From Octopus sinensis (lineage: Eukaryota), in assembly GCF_006345805.1 (NCBI RefSeq), contig NC_043022.1, positions 23,250,001 through 23,314,000 on the forward strand: a stretch of DNA of 64,000 nucleotides, in the 5' to 3' direction. The position numbers and the translations under genes were made by a program. Below are positions 1 through 10,770 of this stretch, piece after piece (position 1 is the first letter of the stretch; each line of letters opens with the position of its first letter). The notes under the pieces were generated by a model. It ran no database searches, was not told where the DNA came from, and was given only the letters and a program-made list of their open reading frames with translations.

Positions 1-165
1 GACAACCAATGCTAATATGTTTACGTCCCTGTAACTTAGCAGTTCAGCAAAAGAGACCAATAGAATAAGTACTAGGAATATGTCCTGTGGGCGATTTGCT
101 TGACTAAAGGCGGTACTCTAGCATGGCCACAGTCAAATGACTGAAACAAGTAAAGGAGTAAAAGA
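1..165 (+). mobile_element. SINE-AB, 3' half only (window edge)
   Basis: GACAACC..TTTACGTCCC.GTAACTTAGC..GCAAAAGAGACC.ATAGAATAAGTAC..GACTAAAGGCGGT.CTC.AGCATGGCC.CAGTCAAATGACTGAAACAAGTAAA, shared with many copies in the window. Confidence 0.85.
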
Positions 166-282
166 GTATGGTGTAAAAACATAATAAAAACAGACAAATG
201 GGTTATCTGGTTCTACTATAATTGTTTCATTAAGAATCTTTATTGTAATGTAATCATGGTGCATCACAAAAAAGACTCTAGA

Positions 283-444
283 GGCACAGGAGCGGTTGTG
301 TGGTAAGAAGCTTGCTTCACAACCACATGGTTCTGGGTTCAGTCCCACTGCATGGCACCTTTGGCAAGTGTCTTCTACTATAGCCTCGGGTCGACCAAAG
401 CCTTGTGAATTGATTTGGTAGACGGAAACTGAAAGAAGCCTGTC

Positions 445-504
<60 letters not shown>

Positions 505-712
505 TTGTATGTGTGTGTCTGTCCCCCACCATCAATTGACAACTAATGTTGGTGTCGTTACGTACCCGTAACTTAGCTGTTCAGCAAAGAAACTAACACA
601 ATAAGGACTAGGCTTACAAAGAATAAGTCCTGGGGTCGATTTGTTCGACTAAAGGCAGTACTCCAGCATGGCCACAGTCAAAAGACTGAAACAAGTAAAA
701 GAATAAAAGAAT
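283..712 (+). mobile_element. SINE-AB full copy: tRNA-like head + CORE-like segment + internal (TA)n(TG)n + 3' half
   Basis: Head GTGTGGTAAGAAGCTTGCTT...GGTTCTGGGTTCAGTCCCACTG (A/B-box-like), ACCTTTGGCAAGTGTCTT, internal microsatellite 445-520, then the conserved 3' half. Confidence 0.85.
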
Positions 713-714
713 AG

Positions 715-922
715 ATGTATGTATTGGTACGCATTGCAAAAAACAGCCAGGTTTCTCTCATGTAACATAGTTCAAAATACACAAGTGAATGTGCGGAAAA
801 CAATATAGGAATTTTGAAAGAACTATGTATAAAACTTGGTTTCAAACATCAAATTGCTGTGGGGGGTCCACCCATAGTAATGAAAGAGGCCCTTAAATAA
901 AAAATGCTTTAGAGCCCCTGCT
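715..922 (+). mobile_element. hAT-like MITE, 3' fragment
   Basis: Homologous to 49610-49830; ends ATAAAAAATGCTTTAGAGCCCCTG, a decayed version of the GGTTGAGAACC(A/C)CTG terminus. Confidence 0.55.
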
Positions 923-1004
923 CTAGATGAAATAATTGTGGAAATACTAGATAACACATTTATATAATTTGTTATTATTATAATCCCCGTGCTAGTAGGG
1001 TGCT

Positions 1005-1420
1005 AAGAGCACCATCTGAGCATGATCGTTGCCAGAGCAGCTAACTGGCTTCCGTGCCGGTGGCATGTGGGAGGCACCATTCGAGCAGGATCATTACGAG
1101 CATCGCCTTTCTGGCAACTGGTGCCGTTGGCATGTGTAAAAAAAAAATTCGAGTGAGGTCGTTGCAAGTACCGCCTGACTGGCCCATGTGTAAAAATTCG
1201 AGCAAGGTTGTTGCTAGTACCGCCTGACTGGCCCCCATGCCGGTGGCACGTAAAAGCACCCACTACACTCTCGGAGTGGTTGGCGTTAGGAAGGGCATCC
1301 AACTGTAGAAACACTGCCAGATCAAGACTGGAGCTTGGTGCAGCCATCTGGTTCGCCAGCCCACAGTCAAACCATCCAACCCATGCTAGCATGGAAAGCG
1401 AATGTTAAACGACGATGATC
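1005..1420 (+). mobile_element. RTE-tail element (3' UTR of an RTE LINE or a SINE sharing it) with internal tandem hairpin units
   Basis: Repeated GTGCCGGTGGCA(C/T)GT units, then GAGTGGTTGGCGTTAGGAAGGGCATCCA.CTGTAGAAAC...CCATGCTAGCATGGAAA..(GAT)n; same 3' end is contiguous with RTE coding sequence at 46787-47975. Confidence 0.8.
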
Positions 1421-1421
1421 T

Positions 1422-1623
1422 TTTATTTTTTACTTACTTCAGTCATCAGACTGTGGCCATGCATGGGCACTACCTAGAAGAATTTTAATCAAATGAAACG
1501 ACACCAGTGCTTATTTGTTTTAAACCTAGTACTTATTCTACCAGGTACGTTTGCTGAACCACTAAGTTATGGAGACATAAACATATCAACACTGATCGCC
1601 AAGCAGTGGGATGTATGTATATA

Positions 1624-1663
<40 letters not shown>

Positions 1664-2268
1664 ACAGGCTTCTTTCGGTTTCCATCAACCAAATCTGCTC
1701 ACAAGGCTTCAGTTGTCCAAAGCTTATAATAGAAAACACTTGGGATCTTTTTGGTTTGAACAGCAGTTTTTAACATAATTTCCACGTAACTAAACACTTT
1801 TAAACTTCGTATACTGATATACTGTTTACTGTATACTGTATATAAAACATCTTTTTCTCTTGGCTTTATTGAGAAAATTCTAAGGTTTGTAAGATATTTG
1901 ATGTTTTTTTTCTTCAATTTCTGCAATTTCAACCAATCAATGACGTCTATTGAGGTGAAAACATTCTGTGCCGTATGAATATGTCCCTCGTTTAAGAAAC
2001 AGATTGGGTTTATTTACATTTGTGAAGAAAAAAAGATACCCTTCCCCCCACCCCTAACCCTAACTAACTCTAAATCTAAAACAGATTGAAATGCAATAGA
2101 TCGATACTAGGGTCATAACTATGGGTGACAATTTCATATGACACCGCTAGAAAAAACTGCCATTCAAACCGAAAAGATCCGACACTTGCCCAAGGTGCCA
2201 CACAGTGAAACTGAACCCAGAACCATGTGGTTGGGAAACAACCTTCTTACCACACAGCCACATCTGCA
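1422..2268 (-). mobile_element. SINE-AB copy split by a MITE-F insertion
   Basis: 3' half at 1422-1610, microsatellite, head split at GACACTTG|CCCAAGG by the element at 1743-2180. Confidence 0.8.
1743..2180. mobile_element. MITE-F (TIR non-autonomous DNA element), 8-bp TSD
   Basis: TIR GGATCTTTT(T/C)GGTTTGAAC(A/G)GCAGTTTTT / AAAAACTGCCATTCAAACCGAAAAGATCC; flanks AACACTTG and GACACTTG; internal (CCCTAA)n-like tract. Confidence 0.9.
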
Positions 2269-2509
2269 GCTATAATATAATATATAAGACCAAGAAAGGA
2301 GCGGGGTAAGGATGGAGTAGCGTTGTCTATAAGTAAATACTATATTTCATACATCCTTGATAATGAATGAGACCTGAGATGATTTCAGCGTATTCTTGGC
2401 ATTTACTCAACAAAGTAAACTTCTTGTCTAAAGTAAACTTGAAAATTCTTCACTAAATATTTTTCAGTTGGTTGAAGCAGTCAGTGCCTCTCACATCCAA
2501 TATATTATG

Positions 2510-2542
<33 letters not shown>

Positions 2543-3174
2543 ACACACATACATGTATACATGTGTATGCATGCATACATATGCATACATAAATATACAA
2601 TTTTTTTTAGAATAAAAGTAATTAAAAAATAAATCTTGTAATTTTTTCCTGTACAAGGATGATAATAGATGGCAAGATGCAAACAGATGTTGTTGACATA
2701 AGTGCGGTAGAAATGAATTCAAAGACCTAGTCTTCAGCGATACAAAGATGGTGGTGGTGATGGTGGTGTTAGTGTTGGTGGCGGCAGCAGCAGCGGTGTT
2801 GGTGGTGGTGGTGGTGGTGGTGGTAGTAGTAGTAGTTGTTATTTGAGCCTGCAACATGTACTGAAGTTTTATTCACATATTTTCATCACTAATATCTGTT
2901 ACATACCCACAGTTAAATTAACTAAGAATCCAGTAAGTTGGTTAGCTCTTTTGTTGTTTTTTTCTCCCTTTGCAACAAAAATATTCAACAAAAGTCTGGA
3001 ATTTTTGTTTTCAAAAAATGAAAAAAAACCCACGAATTTTAAAATATTGCACTAAGAAGCAATGAGGAATAAATGAACTTTAAATGAGTTAAAACAAATC
3101 ACAAATATATTTGAACTAACTTAAAGCTTGTTTATTCCTCATCACTGCTTATCGTTGATACTACTGCATTTATT

Positions 3175-3790
3175 CTGATCAGGCAGTCTGTGAGCACAAT
3201 CAGTCCCTGATATTGACTGTTTTAAGACAAAGCTACAGCTTTAGAATCTGCCCAGGGTTATCTCTCTTTGTTATCTCCTACTGAAGAAAGCCAAGGAGCT
3301 AGAAATGCATCTGGAAGTCTGCTAAGGAGAAGCACTGACCAGATATGTTATTTTTTTGTCTGCACAGTAACTGCAGTGAATTTGCCTTTAGAAGTTAGAA
3401 TATGTCACAAATGTATTTTAACAAACCCAAAGTTCATTTATCCCTAGGCACCACTTGGTGCTGATGCTATTATATTTATCCCAATCAGGTGGTTGAATAG
3501 TGCAAGTCAGTTACTGATGCTGACTGTTTTTTTTTTAATTTAAAGCTATGGCCAGGGTTATCTCTCTTTGATGTTTCCCATTGAGGAAAGCTAAAGAGCT
3601 AGAAACGGCCATCTGGGATTTCAATAGGAAGAAGCACTGGGCAGATGGTGTTTTTACCATCTTTTACCATAAGAGAGAATTTTTTTCTCCATGGCATCTA
3701 CAGTGAATATGCCTTCATAAAGAAGTTAAAATATGTCACACTTATTTCAACTAACCTAAAGTTCACGAATTTAAAAGATGGCAACATCTA
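3175..3790 (+). repeat. Diverged tandem dimer of a ~300-bp unit, each with a hammerhead-like motif (retrozyme-like)
   Basis: CCAGGGTTATCTCTCTTTG at 3252 and 3552; (C/T)TGA.GA-AAGC-N6-GCTA-GAAA at 3281 and 3581; shared 3' parts; third partial copy at 15778-15876. Confidence 0.75.
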
Positions 3791-4104
3791 TAATGACCAG
3801 TCAGCTGAAAGGAGAAGTGAGAGGTAGTTCTGAAAGGAGGGTAGAACGCCCGGTCAATAAGTGAAAGAACACTTACCCCACCACAAAATACAAAGTCTAA
3901 AAACCTAAACAAACTGCAAGAGGAGAAACAGCAACATCACCAACAACATCCAAAACAAAGAAACACGACAGTAAACTGCTAAATATCACCTCCAACAACA
4001 ACACCACAGCTACAGCAGTGCAAGGACAGAAGTTTGGGTAAAGGCCTTTGTTGATTAAAGCAATCCTAAGACGTGACTGGTATGTTACTTTAATGACCTT
4101 AAAA

Positions 4105-5053
4105 GGATGATGATAGGCAAAGTTGACCTTTGTTGAATTTGAACTCAGAACGTAAGGATCCACAAGAAATGCTACTAAGCATTTTGTCCAATGTGCTAAT
4201 GATTCTGCCAGCTCACAGACTTAACCATATAGCATTTAAACTGACCATATCCAGCCAAAATATTTTATCTGTTTTATGTCCAAACTGGCCAGATCTGGCC
4301 TCTTACACCTACCCTACAATATCATTCTAAAAATAAACAACTACATCGTTGAAATCATGAACCTATGGGATCTTTTCAGTTTGAACGGCAGTTTTTAATG
4401 TAATTTCCACGTAACTAAACACTTTTAAACTTCGTATACTGGTAGAATGTGTTTATAAAACATCTTTTTCTCTTGGCTTTATTGAGAAAATTCTATAGTT
4501 TCTAAGATATTTGTTGTTTTTTTTTTCTTCAATTTCTGCAATTTCAACCAATCACTGACCTCTATTGAGGTAAAAACATTCTGTGCCGTATGAATATGTC
4601 CCACATTTAAGAAACAGATTGGGTTTATTTACATTTGTAAAAAAAAAAGATACCCTTCCCCCACCCCAAACCCTAACCCTAACCCTAAAAGAGATTGAAA
4701 TGCAATAGATCGATACTAGGGTCATAACTATGGGTGACAATTTCATATGACACTGCTAGAAAAAACTGCTGTTCAAACCGAAAAGATTTGGATGATGATA
4801 GGCGAAGTTGACCTTTGTTGAATTTGAACTCAGAACGTAAGGATCCACAAGAAATACTACTAAACATTTTGTCCAATGTGCTAATGATTCTGCCAGCTCA
4901 CAGACTTAACCATTCAGCATTTAAACTGGCCATATCCGGCCCAAGTATTTTTATCTATTTTAAGTCCAAACTGGCCAGATCTGGCCTCTTACACCTACCC
5001 TACAATGTCATTCTAAAAATAAACAACTACATCATCAAAATCATGAAAATATG
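4105..5053. repeat. ~263-bp direct duplication (4105-4367 and 4790-5053) directly abutting both ends of MITE-F
   Basis: GGATGATGATAGGC(A/G)AAGTTGACC...AAATCATGAA(CC/AA)TATG on both sides; copies differ by scattered substitutions. Confidence 0.92.
4368..4789. mobile_element. MITE-F
   Basis: GGATCTTTTCAGTTTGAACGGCAGTTTTT ... AAAAACTGCTGTTCAAACCGAAAAGATTT; interior colinear with 1743-2180. Confidence 0.9.
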
Positions 5054-5517
5054 AGATAATGCATAATTAATTTGAAACAACGTGAATAAATACACTTCAC
5101 AGTTGACAGATTATTCTGCATGCTAAAGAATTAATAATAATAATTTGTGGGAGATGCAGCTGGTTAATTACATCGACACCTCCTACCCCCACTACTCAAC
5201 TGGTACTTATTTTATCAACTCCAAAAGAATGAAAGTTAAGTCAACCCAGGACAAGAGGAATTTGAACTAAGAACATAAGGCTATAAGAAATGATGCTAAG
5301 CATTTTGTCCAGCTGACGCTACAGAGAAACAAACAGCACAGTAAAAGACTAGCTTCGTATTACTTGGTCCTACAAGAAATATTTTCCCATGGAAACACTT
5401 GAACTAAATAGTAACAGGCTGAGAGATCTTATCTATTTAGTATCAGTCACAATATCAAGGTTAGATTAGGCTGAATCTTAATGAGCTCAGATCCTCCTCA
5501 ACCAATAAAAAACAACC

Positions 5518-5937
5518 GGATCTTTTCGGTTTGAACGGCAGTTTTTCTAGCGGTGTCATATGAAATTGTCACCCATAATTATGACCCTAGTATCGATCTA
5601 TTGCATTTCAATTGTTTTAGGGTTAGTTAGGGTTATGGGTGGGGGGAAGGGTATCTTTTTTTTCTTCACAAATGTAAATAAACCCAATCTGTTTCTTAAA
5701 CGAGGGACATATTCATACGGCAGAGAATATTTTCACCTCAATAGACATTAGTGATTGGTTGAAATTGCAGAAATTGAAGAAAAAAAACAACAAATATCTT
5801 ACAAACTATAGAATTTTCTCAATAAAGCCAAGAGAAAAAGATGTTTTATAAACACATTCTACCAGTATATGAAGTTTAAAAGTGTTTAGTTACGTGGAAA
5901 TTATTTTAGAAAACTGCCGTTCAAACCAAAAACATTA
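5518..5937. mobile_element. MITE-F (opposite orientation), right TIR decayed
   Basis: GGATCTTTTCGGTTTGAACGGCAGTTTTT ... AAAACTGCCGTTCAAACCAAAAACATT; possible 11-bp flank AAAAAACAACC / AAAAAAAAATC. Confidence 0.88.
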
Positions 5938-6001
5938 AAAAAAAAATCAAAGACCTGTCCTAATCTAACAAAGTAGATCCACTTCCGCCAGAAAATATCA
6001 T

Positions 6002-6272
6002 CATCACCACCACCACCACCACCACCACCATCATCATTTTAACATCCACTTTTCCATGTCTTGCATGGGCTGGATAGAGTTTATTGAGACAGATTTTCTA
6101 CAACTGGATGCCCTCCCTGTCACCAACCCTCCGCTGTCTCTAAGCAAGGTAAAATTTCCGTCATGGCCAGATGTATGTCCTTTCAGTATATTGGAAATAA
6201 ATGAAACTGCTTTTATGACAGACAATCATTTACAACTACTACATGATGTCAAAACAAGGAGACACAAACACG
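6002..6272 (-). mobile_element. Retroposon with (GAT/GGT)n tail related to the RTE-tail family
   Basis: CATCATCATTTTAACATCCACTTTTCCATG..TTCTACAACTGGATGCCCTCCCTGTCACCAACCC; related fragment near 56270-56400. Confidence 0.6.
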
Positions 6273-6296
6273 CACTCATATACATAAAAATTATGC

Positions 6297-6332
<36 letters not shown>

Positions 6333-6337
6333 ATTCG

Positions 6338-6765
6338 TTTACTTTTTTATTCTTTTGCTTGTTTCAATCATTTGACTGTGGCCATGCTGGAGTATCGCCA
6401 TAGATGGTTTTGGTTGGACAAATTGACCCCCAAGACTTATTCCTAAAGCCTAGTACTTATTCTATCAGACTCTTTTGCTGAACTGCTAAGTTATGGGGAA
6501 GTAAACACATCAACACCAGTTGTCAAGCAGTGATGGAGGGGGGGGGGGGCAAACACAGACACAAACACACACACACACACACTCACACACATATTATATG
6601 ATATGCTTCTTTCAGTTTCCATCTACCAAATAATCCATTTACAAGGCTTTGGTCAGCCCAAGACTATAGTAGAAGACACTTGCTCAAGGTGTCACACAGT
6701 GGGACTGAACCTGGAATTATGTGGTTGAAAAGCAAGCTTCTTACCACACAGCTACACCTGCACCT
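6338..6765 (-). mobile_element. SINE-AB full copy (an extra head fragment follows at ~6805-6965)
   Basis: Reverse complement of 3' half, (AC)n/(TA)n, and head. Confidence 0.8.
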
Positions 6766-7082
6766 ATGTATGTGTGTGTGTACGTGTGTGTGTGTGTGTA
6801 TGGGAGGCTTCTTTCAGTTTCTGCTTACCAAATCCACTTACAAGGGTGTAGTCAGTCTACGGCTAGAGTAGAAAACACTTGACTAAGGTGCCATACACTG
6901 GGATTGAACCTGGAACCATGTCATTAGGAAGAAATCTTCTTAATACACAGTCATGCATGAACCTATTCTTATTACACAGCCACACTTGTAGCCTTTTGGC
7001 TAAGATCCTCCAGAAAATATAAGATCAATAAAAGACAGAATGAAAAGGCTTAAATCATTTCTGTAAAGTTATATAGGATAAT

Positions 7083-7393
7083 GTGGAGGCGCAATGGCCC
7101 AGTGGTTAGGGCAGCGGACTCGCAGTCGTAGGATCGCGGTTTCGATTCCCAGACCAGGCATTGTGAGTGTTTATTGAGTGAAAACACCTAAAGCTCCACG
7201 AGGCTCCGGCAGGGGGTGTTGGCGATCCCTGCTGTACTCTTTCGCCACAGCTTTCTCTCGCTCTTTCTTCTGTTGGCCTGCTCGCTTAGCCAGCAGGGTG
7301 GCATCATTTGAAGGCTAAAACAATGCGAAGCGCATTGTGACCAGCGATGTGTAGCAACATCTGATAGCCTGGTCGGTTACGGTGATCACAGTG
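7083..7393 (+). mobile_element. SINE-C, tRNA(Arg)-like head, 12-bp TSD
   Basis: GGCCCAGTGGTTAGGGCAGCGGACTCGCAGTCGTAGGATCGCGGTTTCGATTCCC; flanked by ATATAGGATAAT at 7071-7082 and 7394-7405. Confidence 0.88.
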
Positions 7394-8381
7394 ATATAGG
7401 ATAATACATGTAGTTTCCCTAGAGAGGGCAGCTATTACAAGGGAGAAAATCATTTCTTCATAATATGAGGTGGGATTAGAAATTTAAACTTGAAATTAAT
7501 TTAAGGAATTACAGAAAAAAAATGCATAAAATTCTTTTTCTCTTTCTACTTATTTCAGTCTTTAGACCGCAGTCATGCTGAGACGCCACCTAGGAGGGTA
7601 AATGTATTTTATTTTATTTATTTATGATTGGTGTTTTAATCATGTAGAATAGTATTTCATTCTTTTCTAAAAATAGTCAACATGATTTGACTTGTGACTT
7701 ATTAATTAAACATTATTCGAAGTGAGACATTTTTTCATTGAAGACGAAAATAATTACAATCTGGAGTAAATTCATGGAATGTGATTTTTTTTTTCCTTCT
7801 TTACTTCACAGAATGTTAGTAGTTTAGGAATTGAGAGAAAAGCAAGAACGCTCTTGGTATTTAATTACAGAATAATAGTTATTTGAAGGGGAATTCTGCC
7901 TTGTTAAGATAACTTATAGTAGCCAATAATTTCAGTTTCAGCTCACAAGCCATTTTCCAATATGTTCTTTGAGGTGTAGACAATTGTTTCAAGCTGTTGT
8001 TTCTAATTAGTTATCCATCACATACGCAGTTAATGTTCTGAAAAGTCTAAGTGCTTTTTCTAGGAGAAAATATTTGAATCAAATATCAAAACACTTTACT
8101 GGGATTGCAACAGAAGTACATAACTAGATGATACATCAACATGAACAGAAGTTCAAACAGAGTAGAAGAGAATATGGAACAAAACTATTTAACACAACCA
8201 AAAAAGAAAACAAAATCGACGAGAGTTTATTGATAATGAGATAGAGAAAGCAGAATAGAATCAAAATTTGTTGATTCCACCTTGATGTTGAGGATTTTCC
8301 CTGAACATGTATCATCCTTACACTGGGAAAATAGTAACATACATTCTACTGCTTTTTAATCTCTTATTGTTTAGATTAAGT

Positions 8382-8717
8382 GAAGGTGCATGGCTCAGTG
8401 GTTAGAGCGTCAAGCTTATGATCGGGAGGTTGTGAGCTTGAATCCCGGACCGGGCTGCATGTTGTGTTCTTGAGCAAAACACTTTATTTCACGTTGCTCC
8501 AGTTCACTCAGCTGTAGAAATGAGTTGCGACGTCACAGGTGCCAATCTGTATCGGCCTTTGCCTTTCCCTTGATAACACTGGTGGCGTGGAGAGGGGAGG
8601 CCAGTATGCATGGGCGACTGCTGGTGTTCCATAAACAACCTTGCCCTGGTTTGTTCCTTTGAGGGTAACTTTCTAGGTGCAATCCCATGGTCAGTGTCGT
8701 GACCGAAGGGGGTCTCA
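8382..8717 (+). mobile_element. SINE-D, tRNA-derived head with CORE-like body
   Basis: GGCTCAGTGGTTAGAGCGTC..GAATCCCGGACCGGG head; TTGAGCAAAACACT..TTGCTCCAGTTCACTCAGCTGTAGAAATGAG body. Confidence 0.85.
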
Positions 8718-8959
8718 TCTCATTGTTTAGATTAAACCATATCACTTCTACTCAGGTGTTGATTAGGTAGTTAGGTTATTTATTATGTTCAAAAACAAAA
8801 AGAAGTTTATCATTACAGTTGTACTCCTGGTTGTCTCTGACTGAGAGTCTATGTACCAGTGGATATTTCTACTGAGGCCATATGACAGCCTCATAGCATA
8901 ATAAAAAAAGAAAAGGAGAAATGCTATGAAAAGATCAGTAATGTTCCTAGTATGTATGG

Positions 8960-10640
8960 CCCATAAGAACTAGAAAGGAATTCAGCAACATGATAAACAC
9001 TGCATGACTTGGAGGTGATAAAGTCGCTAATTTCTAGCTGAAATATCTAAGTAACGCTAACGAATCTGAGGTAAGAGCATTCAAAGAACTTGTGAGAAAA
9101 ACAAAATTAACACCTAACTAGTTGCAAGAAGATAAAACAAAATTGAACACCAGAGATTCACGAATTACAAACTAATATTTTATATGGCAACAGCACGCAA
9201 AGCCCTAGCAATTATACTTTGTGACTGACTCACTACTTATCTAGAAAATAATAACATCTTACCGGGTTAGCAGTGCTGGAAACGGATAAATGGCTGCAAA
9301 TAGAAACACGAACAAAAATAAAAATTTAAAAAACGCAGAAAAATATTTTTAAAAAAAGCAGAAGAAAAATCCTCAACGTAGCAAGGATTGATTACAAAAA
9401 GGTATTTGATAGTACACCTCACTCTTGGATACTGGAGATATATCATATAAATGAAATAGCTATAATATTAACACAGTGCCTCAACTAGGTGTTGAAAAGA
9501 TAGAAAACAACCCTATTACTACAAGGCAAAGTAAAAATTCTAAGATTCCAGAGTGTGAGTTTGCCAGGGAAGTGACTTGAACAGAGACTGTGCATTGATA
9601 CTATAATAATTACAATATCCAAGGCACATATTAGCCCAATGGTACTTAACCGGGGTCCATATAAGACTTTTGGGGATCCATACAACAAAATAGTAAATTA
9701 AGGATCCACAACAGTATTTTAAGGGCCACTGAAAAAATTTTGCTTTAGATGTATGTCATCATCATTATCATCATTATTTAACATCTGCTTTCCATGCTGG
9801 CATGGGTTAGACAGTTTGATTGGAACTAGTAACTCAGAGGGCTACACCAGATTCCTGTCTCATTTGGCATGGTTTCTACTGCTAGATGCCCTTCCTAATG
9901 CCAACCACTCTGAGAGTGTTGTTGTTGTGACCCCCCTTCGGTCATGAATGACCATGGGATTGCACCTAGAAAGTAACCCTCCGAGGCACAAGTCTGGGCA
10001 AGGTTGTTTATGGAAGACCAGCAGTCGCCCATGCATACCAGCTTCCCCTCTCCATGCAACTGATGTTATCCAAGGGAAAGGCAAAGCCAATACAGCTTGG
10101 CACCAGTGACGTCGCAGCTCATTTATTAACATGCAAGTGGCTTAGCACTCCACAGACATGTGTACTCTTAACATAGTTCTCGTGGAGATTCAGCATGACA
10201 CAGAGTGTGACAAGGCTGTCCCTTTGGAATACAGGTACAACAAAAACAGGAAGAAAGAGTGAGAGAAAGTTGTGGTGAAAGAGTACAGCAGGGTTCACCA
10301 CCCTGCCGGGGCCTCGTGAAGCTTTAGGTGTTTTTGCTCAATAAACACTCACAATGCCCAGTAACAAATTTGTTGACTGAAAACTACCACAAAAGGACAA
10401 AACATAAACTGTTCAGAAGAACTAATATCAAGAGGGAGAACCTACAAAATACTAAAAAAACATTTCCCTAAATTCAACCAGGATATGAAAATGAGTACAG
10501 GATTAAAGAATTGTGTCAATTCTACTTAAGGACAAAATAAATTAATTGAAGTAGGTAACACTAAATTAGATCCAGACACTGAAATCAGAGTTAGAGCAGA
10601 ATGACCAACACAAATACTCCGCAGTTAATGAAATTGATAA
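8960..10640 (+). pseudogene. Heavily degraded R4/Dong-type non-LTR reverse transcriptase remnant, interrupted by SINE/MITE insertions (9635-10360)
   Basis: Frame fragments GGDKVANF*LKYL, YLENNNILP, LNVARIDYKKVFDSTPHSWILE (cf. WIDYKKAFDSVPHSWI) and LDPDTEIR..LEQNDQHKY. Confidence 0.6.
9930..10360 (-). mobile_element. Adjacent SINE-D 3' fragment (9930-10125) and SINE-C fragment (10135-10360)
   Basis: Reverse complements of the 8382 and 7083 families; the SINE-C body carries a different tail. Confidence 0.75.
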
Positions 10641-10770
10641 GATGAGTGGACGTAGCTATTTGCCCCTCCAGTATTACGATTGTTTGTCCACAAATGATAT
10701 ATATATGCATGTGTGAGAGTGTGTACAAACATATATATATATATACATACATACATATATGTGTGTGTGT

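Noticed and set aside
1030-1260. Repeat-spacer-like array of GTGCCGGTGGCACGT units (CRISPR-like appearance)
   Set aside because: Spacers are homologous to one another and between copies, the units belong to a LINE 3' UTR, and there are no cas genes in a eukaryotic context.
1003-1408. ORFs with LQLDALPNANHSESVVGAF and WLVSKLLTTQP/GLNPEPC motifs recurring across the window
   Set aside because: Antisense or off-frame translations of the RTE 3' UTR and SINE-AB; recurrence reflects repeat copies.
7094-7160. tRNA-Arg-like sequence (also 10780, 27680, and the tRNA-like head at 8390)
   Set aside because: No complete acceptor stem; continues into SINE body with TSDs, so these are SINE heads rather than tRNA genes.
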